Origin: Dickeya solani IPO 2222
GTDB lineage: Bacteria; Pseudomonadota; Gammaproteobacteria; Enterobacterales; Enterobacteriaceae
Length of the DNA: 32,000 bases
Reading direction: 5' to 3'
Assembly: GCF_001644705.1 (NCBI RefSeq)
Contig: NZ_CP015137.1
Coordinates: 2,820,001-2,852,000, forward strand
Under the pieces are notes generated by a model. It made no database searches. It saw nothing but the letters and a program-made list of their open reading frames with translations, and had not been told where the DNA came from. Every line of letters starts with the position of its first letter. The first letter of the stretch is position 1. Both the position numbers and the translations under genes were made by a program. Below, piece by piece: positions 1-9,314 of this stretch.

Positions 1-295
1 TTTTTAGTAATAAATAAAAAATAAATGATAATGTTGATTTTAATTTTGCTTTGCCTATCATTAATTCTGAGCATTTAATGTCTTTTTTATTTTATAAAAT
101 TAAATTTATTAATGTTTTTTTCAAAGCAAACCTGTGCCGTTTGAAATTAATTGCATATGTAATCATTCGCAGGGGGGGAATATGAATAATTTAGGGAGCT
201 TATGTGCAGAAAGGCCATCCGCCACAAAAACGCCTACTCCTCGCTCTCAGCCGACTGTCAAATTGAGACGCATCTACTACATAACATTGTACATA

Positions 296-475
296 TCAGT
301 TATTTGTTAAAGAGGTAAGTCTTAATGCTTCTTCAAGATGTTCCGGTGCGAAATGTGAATATCGCATGGTCATTTTTATATCTGTATGTCCAGGTACTCT
401 TTGCAAAACTAAAATATTTCGACCATTCATCATAAAGTGAGATGCGAGGGTGTGACTCAGCACGTGTATTACCCG
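296..475 (-). pseudogene. Tyrosine recombinase (phage integrase) C-terminal fragment
   Basis: The tail of ORF 296..742(-) reads HVLSHTLASHFMMNGRNILVLQRVPGHTDIKMTMRYSHFAPEHLEEA, which matches the H-x-L-R-H-T...LGH...Y box II region of tyrosine recombinases. The conserved Arg is replaced by Ser (HVLSHT). The upstream part of the ORF is merely antisense to the Bro-like gene and has no integrase motifs. Confidence 0.7.
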
Positions 476-509
476 AAGAAACGGGCAGATATGGTTTACG
501 GCTTCTGAT

Positions 510-1040
510 ATGGCTAGGGCGCTCCAATACGCCAATGTGAAGTCTATTACTAACCTGTATAACCAGAATTCAGATGAGTTTTCGGCGGGAATGTCATTGG
601 TCATCGATTCAGTGACCAATGGTATAAACGACTCATCGAGAAGAATGAGGATTCGCATATTCTCATTACGTGGTGCCCACCCACTTGCTATGTTCGCCAG
701 AACGCCGGTCGCGAAAGAGTTTCGGCGTTGGGTGTTAGACATTCTGGGTCAGGAGGTGATGACAAGGGGGCTACCAGCTAAAGAGCGAGTGGCTGTACTG
801 TGCCCTTGTTGTGGGAAGCCTGCAAGTGTTATTGGTACAAACTACCTGACACTCTATCGGGTTGAAATCATTGTTGAATGCAATCGGTCAGATTGTACAA
901 ACCAGAAATTCAAATCTGAGATTTCTTTCTCATATTACATCGAGCAAAAAGACGACAGCCGGATGCTCGGAGAAATCATCTGTGCGCTATCACCACATCA
1001 GAAACAGACATTAATCCGAATGCTATCGGCTCCAGTTTGA
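510..1040 (+). CDS. Bro-N/antirepressor-like protein, apparently 5'-truncated, with a Cys-rich C-terminal region
   Basis: The sequence ...ARALQYANVKSI...RIFSLRGAHPLAMFARTPVAKEFRRWVLDIL resembles the C-terminal half of a Bro-N/ANT domain. The same frame is open upstream to 456 and reads RRNGQIWFTASD before the first ATG at 510. This suggests the original N-terminus was lost at the junction with the integrase fragment. The C-terminal half contains CPCC...CNRSDC. Confidence 0.5.
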   Translation: MARALQYANVKSITNLYNQNSDEFSAGMSLVIDSVTNGINDSSRRMRIRIFSLRGAHPLAMFARTPVAKEFRRWVLDILGQEVMTRGLPAKERVAVLCPCCGKPASVIGTNYLTLYRVEIIVECNRSDCTNQKFKSEISFSYYIEQKDDSRMLGEIICALSPHQKQTLIRMLSAPV

Positions 1041-1082
1041 CCCCTGAGGGGACAAAAAGGGGACATTCGCAATTTGTGAAAC

Positions 1083-1108
1083 AAAAAAGCCACCGTGAAA
1101 GGTGGTTT
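1083..1108 (-). terminator. Intrinsic terminator downstream of tRNA-Ile2
   Basis: The minus strand reads aaaCCACCtttcacGGTGGcttttttg: a 5-7 bp stem, a 6-nt loop and a T6 run, starting 27 nt after the tRNA CCA end. Confidence 0.6.
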
Positions 1109-1134
1109 AAGTGTTTGTATTAGCATATAAAATT

Positions 1135-1210
1135 TGGTGGCCCCTGTTGGGTTTGAACCAACGACCAAGCGATTATGAGTCGCCTGCTCTAACCACTGAG
1201 CTAAGGGGCC
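1135..1210 (-). tRNA. ileX: tRNA-Ile2 (CAU anticodon, lysidine-type); formally a CAU tRNA
   Basis: The reverse complement is GGCCCCTTAGCTCAGTGGTTAGAGCAGGCGACTCATAATCGCTTGGTCGTTGGTTCAAACCCAACAGGGGCCACCA (76 nt, encoded CCA, anticodon loop CT-CAT-AA). As I recall it, this is near-identical to E. coli ileX, which also lies next to rpoD. Confidence 0.88.
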
Positions 1211-1222
1211 AAGTGGATGTTG

Positions 1223-1251
1223 ATTATAGGTAATCCGGCTAGTGGGGTCTA
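1223..1251 (-). promoter_or_regulatory. Candidate sigma70 promoter for ileX
   Basis: The minus strand has TAGACC-17 bp-TATAAT. The -10 element ends 12 nt before the mature tRNA 5' end. Confidence 0.45.
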
Positions 1252-1418
1252 TAGCCTGACGGCCATATGGTTGTTTTATATCCAGCACTTAGCCGATTGT
1301 TATTATTAAAAATTCATTATATTTGCGGTGGGAATGGGTGGTAATCGTGAGTAAGGGCAGGGGATACAGAATGTGTCGGTCAGGCGTTATGCTGAGAAGT
1401 AACCACGGGCGTGAGAAA

Positions 1419-1446
1419 TAAAAACCCCCGGTCGGGACCGGGGGTT
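1419..1446 (-). terminator. rpoD operon intrinsic terminator
   Basis: The minus strand reads aaCCCCCGGtcccgaCCGGGGGtttttatttc: a 7-bp GC stem and T-run about 30 nt after the rpoD stop. Confidence 0.75.
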
Positions 1447-1474
1447 GATAGCACTGGCGCAATAAAAAATTTTA

Positions 1475-3313
1475 TTAATCGTCCAGGAAGCTACGCAGTA
1501 CTTCGGAACGGCTTGGGTGACGCAATTTACGCAGCGCTTTCGCTTCGATCTGGCGAATACGTTCACGGGTTACGTCGAACTGCTTGCCAACTTCTTCCAG
1601 CGTGTGGTCGGTATTCATGTCGATACCGAAACGCATGCGCAGCACTTTGGCTTCGCGCGCGGTCAGGCCGGCCAGCACGTCGTGGGTGGCGGAACGCAGG
1701 CTTTCCGAGGTGGCGGAATCCAGCGGCAACTCCAGCGTGGTATCTTCGATGAAATCCCCCAGATGCGAATCTTCATCATCACCGATCGGGGTTTCCATTG
1801 AGATCGGCTCTTTGGCGATCTTCAATACCTTGCGGATCTTGTCTTCCGGCATCAGCATACGCTCGGCCAGTTCTTCCGGCGTCGGCTCGCGGCCCATTTC
1901 CTGCAGCATCTGGCGGGAAATACGATTGAGTTTGTTAATAGTCTCAATCATATGCACCGGAATACGGATGGTGCGCGCCTGGTCGGCGATGGAACGGGTG
2001 ATAGCCTGACGAATCCACCAGGTGGCGTAGGTGGAGAACTTGTAACCACGGCGGTATTCGAATTTGTCTACCGCTTTCATCAGGCCAATGTTGCCTTCCT
2101 GAATCAGATCCAGGAATTGCAGGCCGCGGTTGGTGTATTTCTTAGCGATCGAGATCACCAGACGCAGGTTCGCTTCCACCATCTCTTTCTTAGCGCGGCG
2201 GGCTTTGGCTTCGCCAATCGACATACGACGGTTGATGTCTTTGACCTGCTCAATGGTCAGACCGGTTTCTTCTTCGATCTGCTGCAGTTTCTGCAGACTG
2301 CGATGCACATCGTCTTCCACTTCGCGCAATTTTTCGCACCAGGGTTTGCCCATGGAAAGCGCGGCGTCGAACCACTTTCTGTTGGTTTCATTGCCGGTAA
2401 ACAGCGTCACGAAGTTTTTCTTCGGCATTTTGCACAGCTCGACGCACAGTTTCATGATCTGGCGTTCCTGCGCGCGCACACGGTCCATCATGGCGCGCAT
2501 GTTGTTCACCAGCAGGTCAAACTGCTTCGGCACCAGACGGAACTGTTTGAACACTTCGGACAGCTTGTTGATTTCGTCAATAGCGGTCGGGTGGCTACGG
2601 CCGTGCGCCTTGATGCTTACGCGGGTCGTTTCATACTGATCGCGCAGCTCGATGAATTTCTGACGCGCCAGCTCTGGGTCGATGCTGTTGTCATCGTCGG
2701 TGCTGTCGTCTTCGTCTTCTTCGTTTTCGTCGTCGTCATCATCCGTGCCGTCGTCGGCCGGCTCGGCGTTCCCCGGGGGGGGATTCGGCGCCAGATCTTC
2801 TTCGGCATTCGGATCCACAAAAGCGGTGATCAAATCGGACAGGCGGCTTTCTCCCGCTTCGACGCGATCGTATTGATCCAGCAGATAGGTGATGGCTTCC
2901 GGATATTCGGCAACGGAGCACTGTACCTGATTGATACCGTCTTCGATTCGCTTGGCGATATCGATTTCCCCTTCACGGGTTAGCAGTTCGACGGTACCCA
3001 TCTCACGCATGTACATGCGAACCGGATCGGTCGTGCGGCCAATCTCAGATTCAACGCTGGACAATACCTGCGCCGCTGCTTCGGCAGCGTCTTCATCGGC
3101 GGTATTCTCAGCCAGCATCAGATCATCGGCATCAGGCGCTTCTTCCATCACCTGGATGCCCATGTCGTTAATCATCTGGATGATGTCTTCGATCTGATCG
3201 GAGTCGATGATATCTTCCGGCAGATGGTCATTGACCTCGGCATAGGTCAGGTAGCCTTGCTCCTTACCACGGGTGACAAGTAGCTTGAGCTGTGACTGCG
3301 GGTTTTGCTCCAT
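1475..3313 (-). CDS. rpoD: RNA polymerase sigma-70 factor RpoD
   Basis: The 612-aa ORF is nearly colinear with E. coli RpoD ([35 protein letters not shown]...[15 protein letters not shown]). It includes the acidic non-conserved loop and regions 2-4. Confidence 0.99.
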   Translation of the reverse strand: MEQNPQSQLKLLVTRGKEQGYLTYAEVNDHLPEDIIDSDQIEDIIQMINDMGIQVMEEAPDADDLMLAENTADEDAAEAAAQVLSSVESEIGRTTDPVRMYMREMGTVELLTREGEIDIAKRIEDGINQVQCSVAEYPEAITYLLDQYDRVEAGESRLSDLITAFVDPNAEEDLAPNPPPGNAEPADDGTDDDDDENEEDEDDSTDDDNSIDPELARQKFIELRDQYETTRVSIKAHGRSHPTAIDEINKLSEVFKQFRLVPKQFDLLVNNMRAMMDRVRAQERQIMKLCVELCKMPKKNFVTLFTGNETNRKWFDAALSMGKPWCEKLREVEDDVHRSLQKLQQIEEETGLTIEQVKDINRRMSIGEAKARRAKKEMVEANLRLVISIAKKYTNRGLQFLDLIQEGNIGLMKAVDKFEYRRGYKFSTYATWWIRQAITRSIADQARTIRIPVHMIETINKLNRISRQMLQEMGREPTPEELAERMLMPEDKIRKVLKIAKEPISMETPIGDDEDSHLGDFIEDTTLELPLDSATSESLRSATHDVLAGLTAREAKVLRMRFGIDMNTDHTLEEVGKQFDVTRERIRQIEAKALRKLRHPSRSEVLRSFLDD

Positions 3314-3469
3314 AAGACGGTATCCACACTTCAGAATATTGGGGTTGGTGTCGGTCAGCGTAAGTCGCTAACAATAGCATTAGGGGGATTTTTCTTATCG
3401 CCGCAGCCCCCGTAGCGGCACGCTGTAGGGCTCGACCCTACTATTTATCGGCAATTAAGCCGCGGGAAA

Positions 3470-5224
3470 TCAATTTTTTCGCGTCAGCGCCAGTTGCAGC
3501 GACCACAATTCCTTGCGCTCGTTCATGCTCAGCCCATGCGTTCTCTCGCGGGCGATTAGCGTGTCCATCCGCAATTGCAGCAACTGGTCGTAGAGCTCGG
3601 TCAGGCTGACCCTGAATTTTTCTTCGAGCTCTTCCTCTTCAATCATATGGTCCCAGGCGGCCAGAGTTTCAAGCTGCTTGCGATATTTACTTTCGCGATA
3701 TTTCTCCAGCAGCAGTCCCATGTTCATGCCTGGGCTTTCATTGCAGGTTTTCACCAGATCCAGAAACAGTTCCAGTCCTGCAACCTTGTTCTCTTCCACA
3801 CCATCCAGCGCCAGTTCCGGCACCTCGACGGACAGCCTCGGATTTTGTACTAAAAGTCCTATCAGTATACGCATAGTTGTGACTTTTAGCCGTGGAGGCT
3901 GGTAGGACGATGTTTGCTCCGCCGTTTTCGACAGCAGGCGATCCAACTGGCTGTCGTCCAACAGCCCCAGTTTATTGCCAAGTTGTTGACGTAAGTATAA
4001 TCGCAACGTTTCGCCCGGTACCTGCCCAATTAGAGGTAGAGCCAGCGTACTGAGCTTGGTGCGCCCGTCTGGGGTACTCATGTCTACCTGCTGCAGTAGC
4101 GAGTCGAACAAAAACGCCGACAGCGGCATCGCCTGCTCGGTACGTTGCTCGAAAGCAGCCTTGCCTTCCTGGCGCACCAGCGTATCTGGGTCTTCGCCGT
4201 CGGGCAGGAACATAAAGCGCAACTGCCGACCGTCATCCAGATAGGGTAGCGCGGTTTCCAGCGCGCGCCAGGCGGCGTCGCGTCCGGCGCGATCGCCATC
4301 GTAACAACACACCACCTGATCGGTGGCGCGAAACAACAGCTGGATATGGTCCGCCGTCGTTGATGTTCCTAGCGAAGCTACCGCGTAATCGATGCCAAAC
4401 TGGGCCAGAGCGACCACATCCATATAACCTTCGACTACCAGCAGTCGCTTCAATTCCGGATTTTTCTGTTGTGCTTCGTACAGGCCGTACAGCTGGCGGC
4501 CTTTGTGAAAAATCTCGGTTTCCGGCGAGTTCAGGTACTTGGGCATACCATCACCCATCACCCGACCACCAAAAGCGATAACCCGCCCACGTTTGTCGCG
4601 GATCGGGAACATCACCCTATCGCGGAAACGGTCGTAAGTACGCCCGTTATCGTTGGTCACCAACATGCCGGCGTCGGTCAACGTGGTCCGGTTTTCGCTG
4701 CTGCGACCGAAGCGCTTTAACGCATTGTCCCACCCCGTCGGCGTACATCCGATGGCGAATTGCCGGATCACCTCGTCACTCAGGCCGCGTCTGGACAAAT
4801 ACTCTCTGGCCGGCGTACCCGCAGGTTGGTTCAGGGTATGTTGGTAAAAAGCGCTTAATTGTTCCATCAGCTCGTATAAACTTTGCCGCTGGTGGCGTTC
4901 GAGCTGGGTCGGGCCGGTGCCTGCTTCGTAAGGTACTTCCAGGCCGTGCATTGCAGCCAGTTCTTCAATGCTTTCAACAAATTCCAGACGATCATAATTC
5001 ATCAGGAAATCAATCGCGTTGCCGTGGGCGCCGCAGCCGAAGCAATGGTAGAACTGCTTGTCACCGTTAACGGTGAACGAAGGGGTTTTCTCGTGGTGGA
5101 ACGGGCAACACGCGTGATAATTCTTGCCCTGCTTTTTCAGTTTGACGCGCGCATCGATCAGGTCAACGATGTCGGTGCGGGCCAGCAGGTCATTAATAAA
5201 TACGCGGGGAATACGTCCAGCCAT
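3470..5224 (-). CDS. dnaG: DNA primase DnaG
   Basis: The 584-aa ORF has a zinc-ribbon (CPFHHEKTPSFTVNGDKQFYHCFGCGAHG), a TOPRIM core (VVEGYMDVV) and a C-terminal DnaB-interaction domain. It sits in the operon position between rpsU and rpoD. Confidence 0.98.
   Translation of the reverse strand: MAGRIPRVFINDLLARTDIVDLIDARVKLKKQGKNYHACCPFHHEKTPSFTVNGDKQFYHCFGCGAHGNAIDFLMNYDRLEFVESIEELAAMHGLEVPYEAGTGPTQLERHQRQSLYELMEQLSAFYQHTLNQPAGTPAREYLSRRGLSDEVIRQFAIGCTPTGWDNALKRFGRSSENRTTLTDAGMLVTNDNGRTYDRFRDRVMFPIRDKRGRVIAFGGRVMGDGMPKYLNSPETEIFHKGRQLYGLYEAQQKNPELKRLLVVEGYMDVVALAQFGIDYAVASLGTSTTADHIQLLFRATDQVVCCYDGDRAGRDAAWRALETALPYLDDGRQLRFMFLPDGEDPDTLVRQEGKAAFEQRTEQAMPLSAFLFDSLLQQVDMSTPDGRTKLSTLALPLIGQVPGETLRLYLRQQLGNKLGLLDDSQLDRLLSKTAEQTSSYQPPRLKVTTMRILIGLLVQNPRLSVEVPELALDGVEENKVAGLELFLDLVKTCNESPGMNMGLLLEKYRESKYRKQLETLAAWDHMIEEEELEEKFRVSLTELYDQLLQLRMDTLIARERTHGLSMNERKELWSLQLALTRKN
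3645..3673 (-). promoter_or_regulatory. Candidate sigma32 heat-shock promoter for rpoD embedded in the dnaG 3' coding region (E. coli Phs equivalent)
   Basis: The minus strand has CTTGAAA-14 nt-GACCATAT. The E. coli rpoD Phs, as I recall it, is CCCTTGAAAA...GGGACGATAT at the same relative location inside dnaG. Confidence 0.5.
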
Positions 5225-5249
5225 AAGCCCCTTATCTATATACGTTTAT

Positions 5250-5290
5250 AAACGACAATAAGCCGCGCATTCCTTTCGGAAAGCACGGCC
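5250..5290 (-). terminator. Internal attenuator/terminator between rpsU and dnaG (T1-like)
   Basis: The minus strand reads GCCGUGCUUUCC-GAAA-GGAAUGCGCGGC: a 12-bp stem with 1 mismatch and 1 G-U pair, and a GNRA loop, followed by UUAUUGUCGUUUAU. Confidence 0.5.
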
Positions 5291-5351
5291 TTCGTATGCA
5301 ACTGCTAAGTCTGCGGATTAATCACGCGGTGGAGGATAAACCCCCAGAAAA

Positions 5352-5579
<228 letters not shown>

Positions 5580-5634
5580 TTAGTAAATTCGGTTTGCTGC
5601 TGGCCTTGTGCCAGCCTTTTCAAAATGGTCCGGA

Positions 5635-5664
5635 ATTCTACTGCAGCTGGGGCGTGTTTGTAAA
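5635..5664 (-). promoter_or_regulatory. Candidate sigma70 promoter for the rpsU-dnaG-rpoD operon
   Basis: The minus strand has TTTACA-18 bp-TAGAAT, about 70 nt upstream of the rpsU ATG. The spacing is suboptimal and other promoters are likely nearby. Confidence 0.3.
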
Positions 5665-5764
5665 GTGCATCAGCGATCATAAAACGCGCGGCGCCGGTTC
5701 GCTCGTCTGCGCACCGGCTTATGATAGACTATGCTCCGCCTGAATCAAGCAGCCGTGGCGGGCC

Positions 5765-5796
5765 GCCGTAAATGTAACCGCTGCCGTAAATGTAAC
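5765..5796. repeat. Perfect 14-bp direct repeat (GCCGTAAATGTAAC x2, 18-bp period) immediately upstream of tsaD
   Basis: The copies at 5765-5778 and 5783-5796 are identical and separated by CGCT. The second copy ends 16 nt before the tsaD ATG. Confidence 0.85.
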
Positions 5797-5812
5797 TGAG
5801 AGTGAAACAGCA

Positions 5813-6826
5813 ATGCGCGTATTGGGTATTGAAACATCCTGCGATGAAACCGGGGTCGCGATTTATGACACGCAGACCGGGCTACTGGCGAATCAACTTT
5901 ACAGCCAGGTGAAATTGCATGCTGATTATGGCGGCGTGGTGCCTGAGTTGGCCTCCCGCGATCATGTCCGCAAGACCGTGCCACTGATTCAGACGGCGCT
6001 GGAAGAGGCTGGGTTACAGCACGGTGACATCGATGGCGTCGCTTACACGGCTGGCCCTGGTCTGGTGGGGGCGCTGCTGGTCGGTGCAACGGTAGGGCGC
6101 TCGCTGGCGTTTGCCTGGAATGTGCCGGCCATACCGGTTCATCACATGGAGGGGCACTTGCTGGCGCCGATGCTGGAAGACAACCCCCCGGCGTTTCCGT
6201 TTGTCGCGTTGCTGGTGTCCGGTGGTCATACCCAGTTGATCAGCGTGACCGGCATTGGCGAATACCGTTTGCTGGGTGAATCTATTGACGATGCGGCCGG
6301 CGAGGCATTTGATAAAACCGCTAAGCTGCTGGGGCTGGATTATCCGGGGGGGCCATTACTGTCGAAAATGGCGCAAGGCGGGCATGCCGGCCGTTTTGTC
6401 TTCCCCCGGCCGATGACCGATCGACCCGGCCTGGATTTCAGTTTCTCCGGGCTGAAGACTTTCGCCGCCAATACGATCCGTGAAAACGGCAGCGATCCGC
6501 AGACGCAGGCCGATATCGCGCGGGCATTCGAAGATGCGGTGGTGGATACGCTAGCCATCAAATGCCGGCGTGCGCTCGACGAGACTGGGTTCAGTCGACT
6601 GGTAATGGCCGGCGGGGTGAGCGCCAACCGCACATTGCGCCAGCGGCTGGCGGACATCATGGCGAAACGAGGCGGCAACGTGTTCTATGCCCGCCCTGAA
6701 TTCTGTACCGACAACGGCGCCATGATTGCTTATGCGGGAGCGGTTCGTCTTGCCCAGGGCGTGACGGATGAGCTTGGCATCACGGTTCGGCCACGCTGGC
6801 CGCTGGCTGAGTTGCCCGCGCTGTGA
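5813..6826 (+). CDS. tsaD: tRNA N6-adenosine threonylcarbamoyltransferase TsaD (YgjD/Gcp)
   Basis: The 337-aa ORF begins [19 protein letters not shown] and carries HHMEGH and the rest of the Kae1/TsaD family signature. It is divergent from rpsU as in E. coli. Confidence 0.97.
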   Translation: MRVLGIETSCDETGVAIYDTQTGLLANQLYSQVKLHADYGGVVPELASRDHVRKTVPLIQTALEEAGLQHGDIDGVAYTAGPGLVGALLVGATVGRSLAFAWNVPAIPVHHMEGHLLAPMLEDNPPAFPFVALLVSGGHTQLISVTGIGEYRLLGESIDDAAGEAFDKTAKLLGLDYPGGPLLSKMAQGGHAGRFVFPRPMTDRPGLDFSFSGLKTFAANTIRENGSDPQTQADIARAFEDAVVDTLAIKCRRALDETGFSRLVMAGGVSANRTLRQRLADIMAKRGGNVFYARPEFCTDNGAMIAYAGAVRLAQGVTDELGITVRPRWPLAELPAL

Positions 6827-6837
6827 TTTTCTGGCTA

Positions 6838-6866
6838 TTCCGCCCCAAACGCATGACGGGGCGGAA
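6838..6866. terminator. Stem-loop between the convergent tsaD and argR genes (possible bidirectional terminator, no clear U-tract)
   Basis: TTCCGCCCC-11 nt-GGGGCGGAA forms a 9-bp perfect stem in the 45-bp gap between the two stop codons. Confidence 0.45.
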
Positions 6867-6871
6867 AGGCA

Positions 6872-7408
<537 letters not shown>

Positions 7409-7490
7409 ATGAGCGCGTATAAAACCGGATTGTTGGCCTGAGACATCGGACTTCATGTGCGGCAGGGCATTACTTTACCAGGGTGTCAAA

Positions 7491-7512
7491 AAATGTGCTC
7501 TCTATCACATAA
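7491..7512. promoter_or_regulatory. Candidate CRP-cAMP binding site in the argR-mdh divergent region
   Basis: Bases 7494-7509 read TGTGC-TCTCTA-TCACA, versus the consensus TGTGA-N6-TCACA (9/10 of the half-sites). Confidence 0.5.
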
Positions 7513-7814
7513 AAGTAAAATAAATGTTATCAAAATGATGTTGTTTGGAGTCTGATGGTCGGTGTAATGTAACGCACCCGTTAATCAGTCGTGGGCTTAA
7601 GCCGAGGCGCACCACAATTGCCTGTTACTTTAATTACCTTTCAGATATCAGGCAGATTGTTAGTTTATTATTAATCACATAGTGCGTTATTGCGGCGAGC
7701 CTATTTAATCGCTGCGGACCTATGTAGTGCCCCTCTGAAAACAGGTCTGACGCCTGGCTTCTCCCACGAGCATAAACGTTTTTAATTAAACGCATCCACG
7801 GTAATTTTACTTAA

Positions 7815-8774
<960 letters not shown>

Positions 8775-8804
8775 TCACCCTCGGGTGACAAATATCGTTG
8801 ATAA

Positions 8805-8835
8805 GGCCGGAGTATTTTCTCCGGCCTTTCTTTTT
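8805..8835. terminator. Intrinsic terminator after mdh, probably shared with the convergent sfsB
   Basis: GGCCGGAG-tatttt-CTCCGGCC is followed by TTTCTTTTT on the plus strand. It lies between the mdh stop (8774) and the sfsB stop (8845). Confidence 0.7.
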
Positions 8836-8844
8836 CCGGAAGCA

Positions 8845-9126
8845 TTATTCGGATTGGGGATCAGACTGCGGACGGATCAGTTTTTTGCGGTCGAGTAGTT
8901 CTTGTGTTTCAGGATCATAATAGCGGCTGGGCCATATTTCTGATGGATGAATACCCAGCGCGTCGGCTATTAACCATTCGCCCTTCGGCCATGGGCGAGA
9001 TAAAGCATTGGCCAGCGTGGAAGAGCTCAACCCGGCAGCTCGTGATACGGCGGCGAGCGTTGTCCCTTTCTTTCTCAGTGCCGCAATAATATCGGCGGGA
9101 TGCCAGTCATTTTTCCTTGAATTCAT
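8845..9126 (-). CDS. sfsB: Ner-like DNA-binding protein (Nlp/SfsB family)
   Basis: Starting at MNSRKNDWHPADIIAALRKKGTTLAAVSRAAGLSSSTLANALSRPWPKGEWLIADALGIHPSEIWPSRYYDP... (93 aa, RBS AAGGGAAGGA), the product closely parallels E. coli Nlp/SfsB and phage Mu Ner. The 27-codon upstream extension in the ORF track is unsupported. Confidence 0.85.
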   Translation of the reverse strand: MNSRKNDWHPADIIAALRKKGTTLAAVSRAAGLSSSTLANALSRPWPKGEWLIADALGIHPSEIWPSRYYDPETQELLDRKKLIRPQSDPQSE

Positions 9127-9215
9127 AATCCTTCCCTTATTGCTATTAAGACGACAGCGTATTAATGGTATAACTAACGGCTCATGGTGAATGGTTTCGC
9201 TAACCAAAAGCCATT

Positions 9216-9270
9216 ATTTGGAAATAATATAGCACCAATTTCCTTAATATTTCCAAATTAATTTCCAAAT
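9216..9270. repeat. ATTTCCAAAT decamer array in the sfsB / Mu-wHTH divergent intergenic region (candidate operators)
   Basis: ATTTGGAAAT (inverted copy) is at 9216-9225, a half-site ATTTCC at 9238-9243, and ATTTCCAAAT at both 9249-9258 and 9261-9270 (tandem, 12-bp period). Confidence 0.75.
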
Positions 9271-9314
9271 GGATCTGAATAGGTAACGAGTATCACTATC
9301 GGGATGAAAAGGAC

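Larger units (their letters stand above)
1..1134. mobile_element. Degenerate integrative-element/prophage remnant abutting the 3' end of tRNA-Ile2: AT-rich non-coding DNA, an integrase 3' fragment and a truncated Bro-N-like gene. The far end lies outside the window.
   Basis: Bases 1-180 are very AT-rich with stops in all frames. An integrase C-terminal motif sits at 296-475(-) and a Bro-N-like ORF at 510-1040(+). The region lies directly on the 3' (CCA) side of a tRNA, the classical island integration position. No att repeat is visible in the window. Confidence 0.5.

Noticed and set aside
182-310. 42-codon ORF (MNNLGSLCAERPSATKTPTPRSQPTVKLRRIYYITLYISVIC) preceded by a G7 run.
   Set aside because: The G-run is only 3 nt from the ATG, there is no recognisable similarity, and it overlaps the integrase fragment end. 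It cannot be supported from sequence alone.
476-742. N-terminal two-thirds of the 148-aa minus-strand ORF 296..742.
   Set aside because: Only the C-terminal ~60 residues are integrase-like. The remainder is simply the antisense frame of the Bro-N-like gene and has no recombinase box I or other motifs.
998-1288. 96-aa minus-strand ORF spanning the tRNA.
   Set aside because: It is read straight through the tRNA-Ile2 gene and its terminator and promoter, so it is not a plausible protein.
1952-2983. 343-aa ORF on the plus strand antisense to rpoD, plus other plus-strand ORFs at 1517-3197.
   Set aside because: These are shadow ORFs of a highly conserved gene. The products are low-complexity and Arg/Gly/Val/Phe-rich with no recognisable motifs. 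rpoD on the opposite strand fully explains the region.
5658-5673. LexA-box-like sequence (minus strand CTGA-N8-ACAA) overlapping the candidate rpsU promoter.
   Set aside because: Only 6 of 8 core positions match CTGT-N8-ACAG, and the AT-rich spacer signature is poor. This is too weak to call without binding data.
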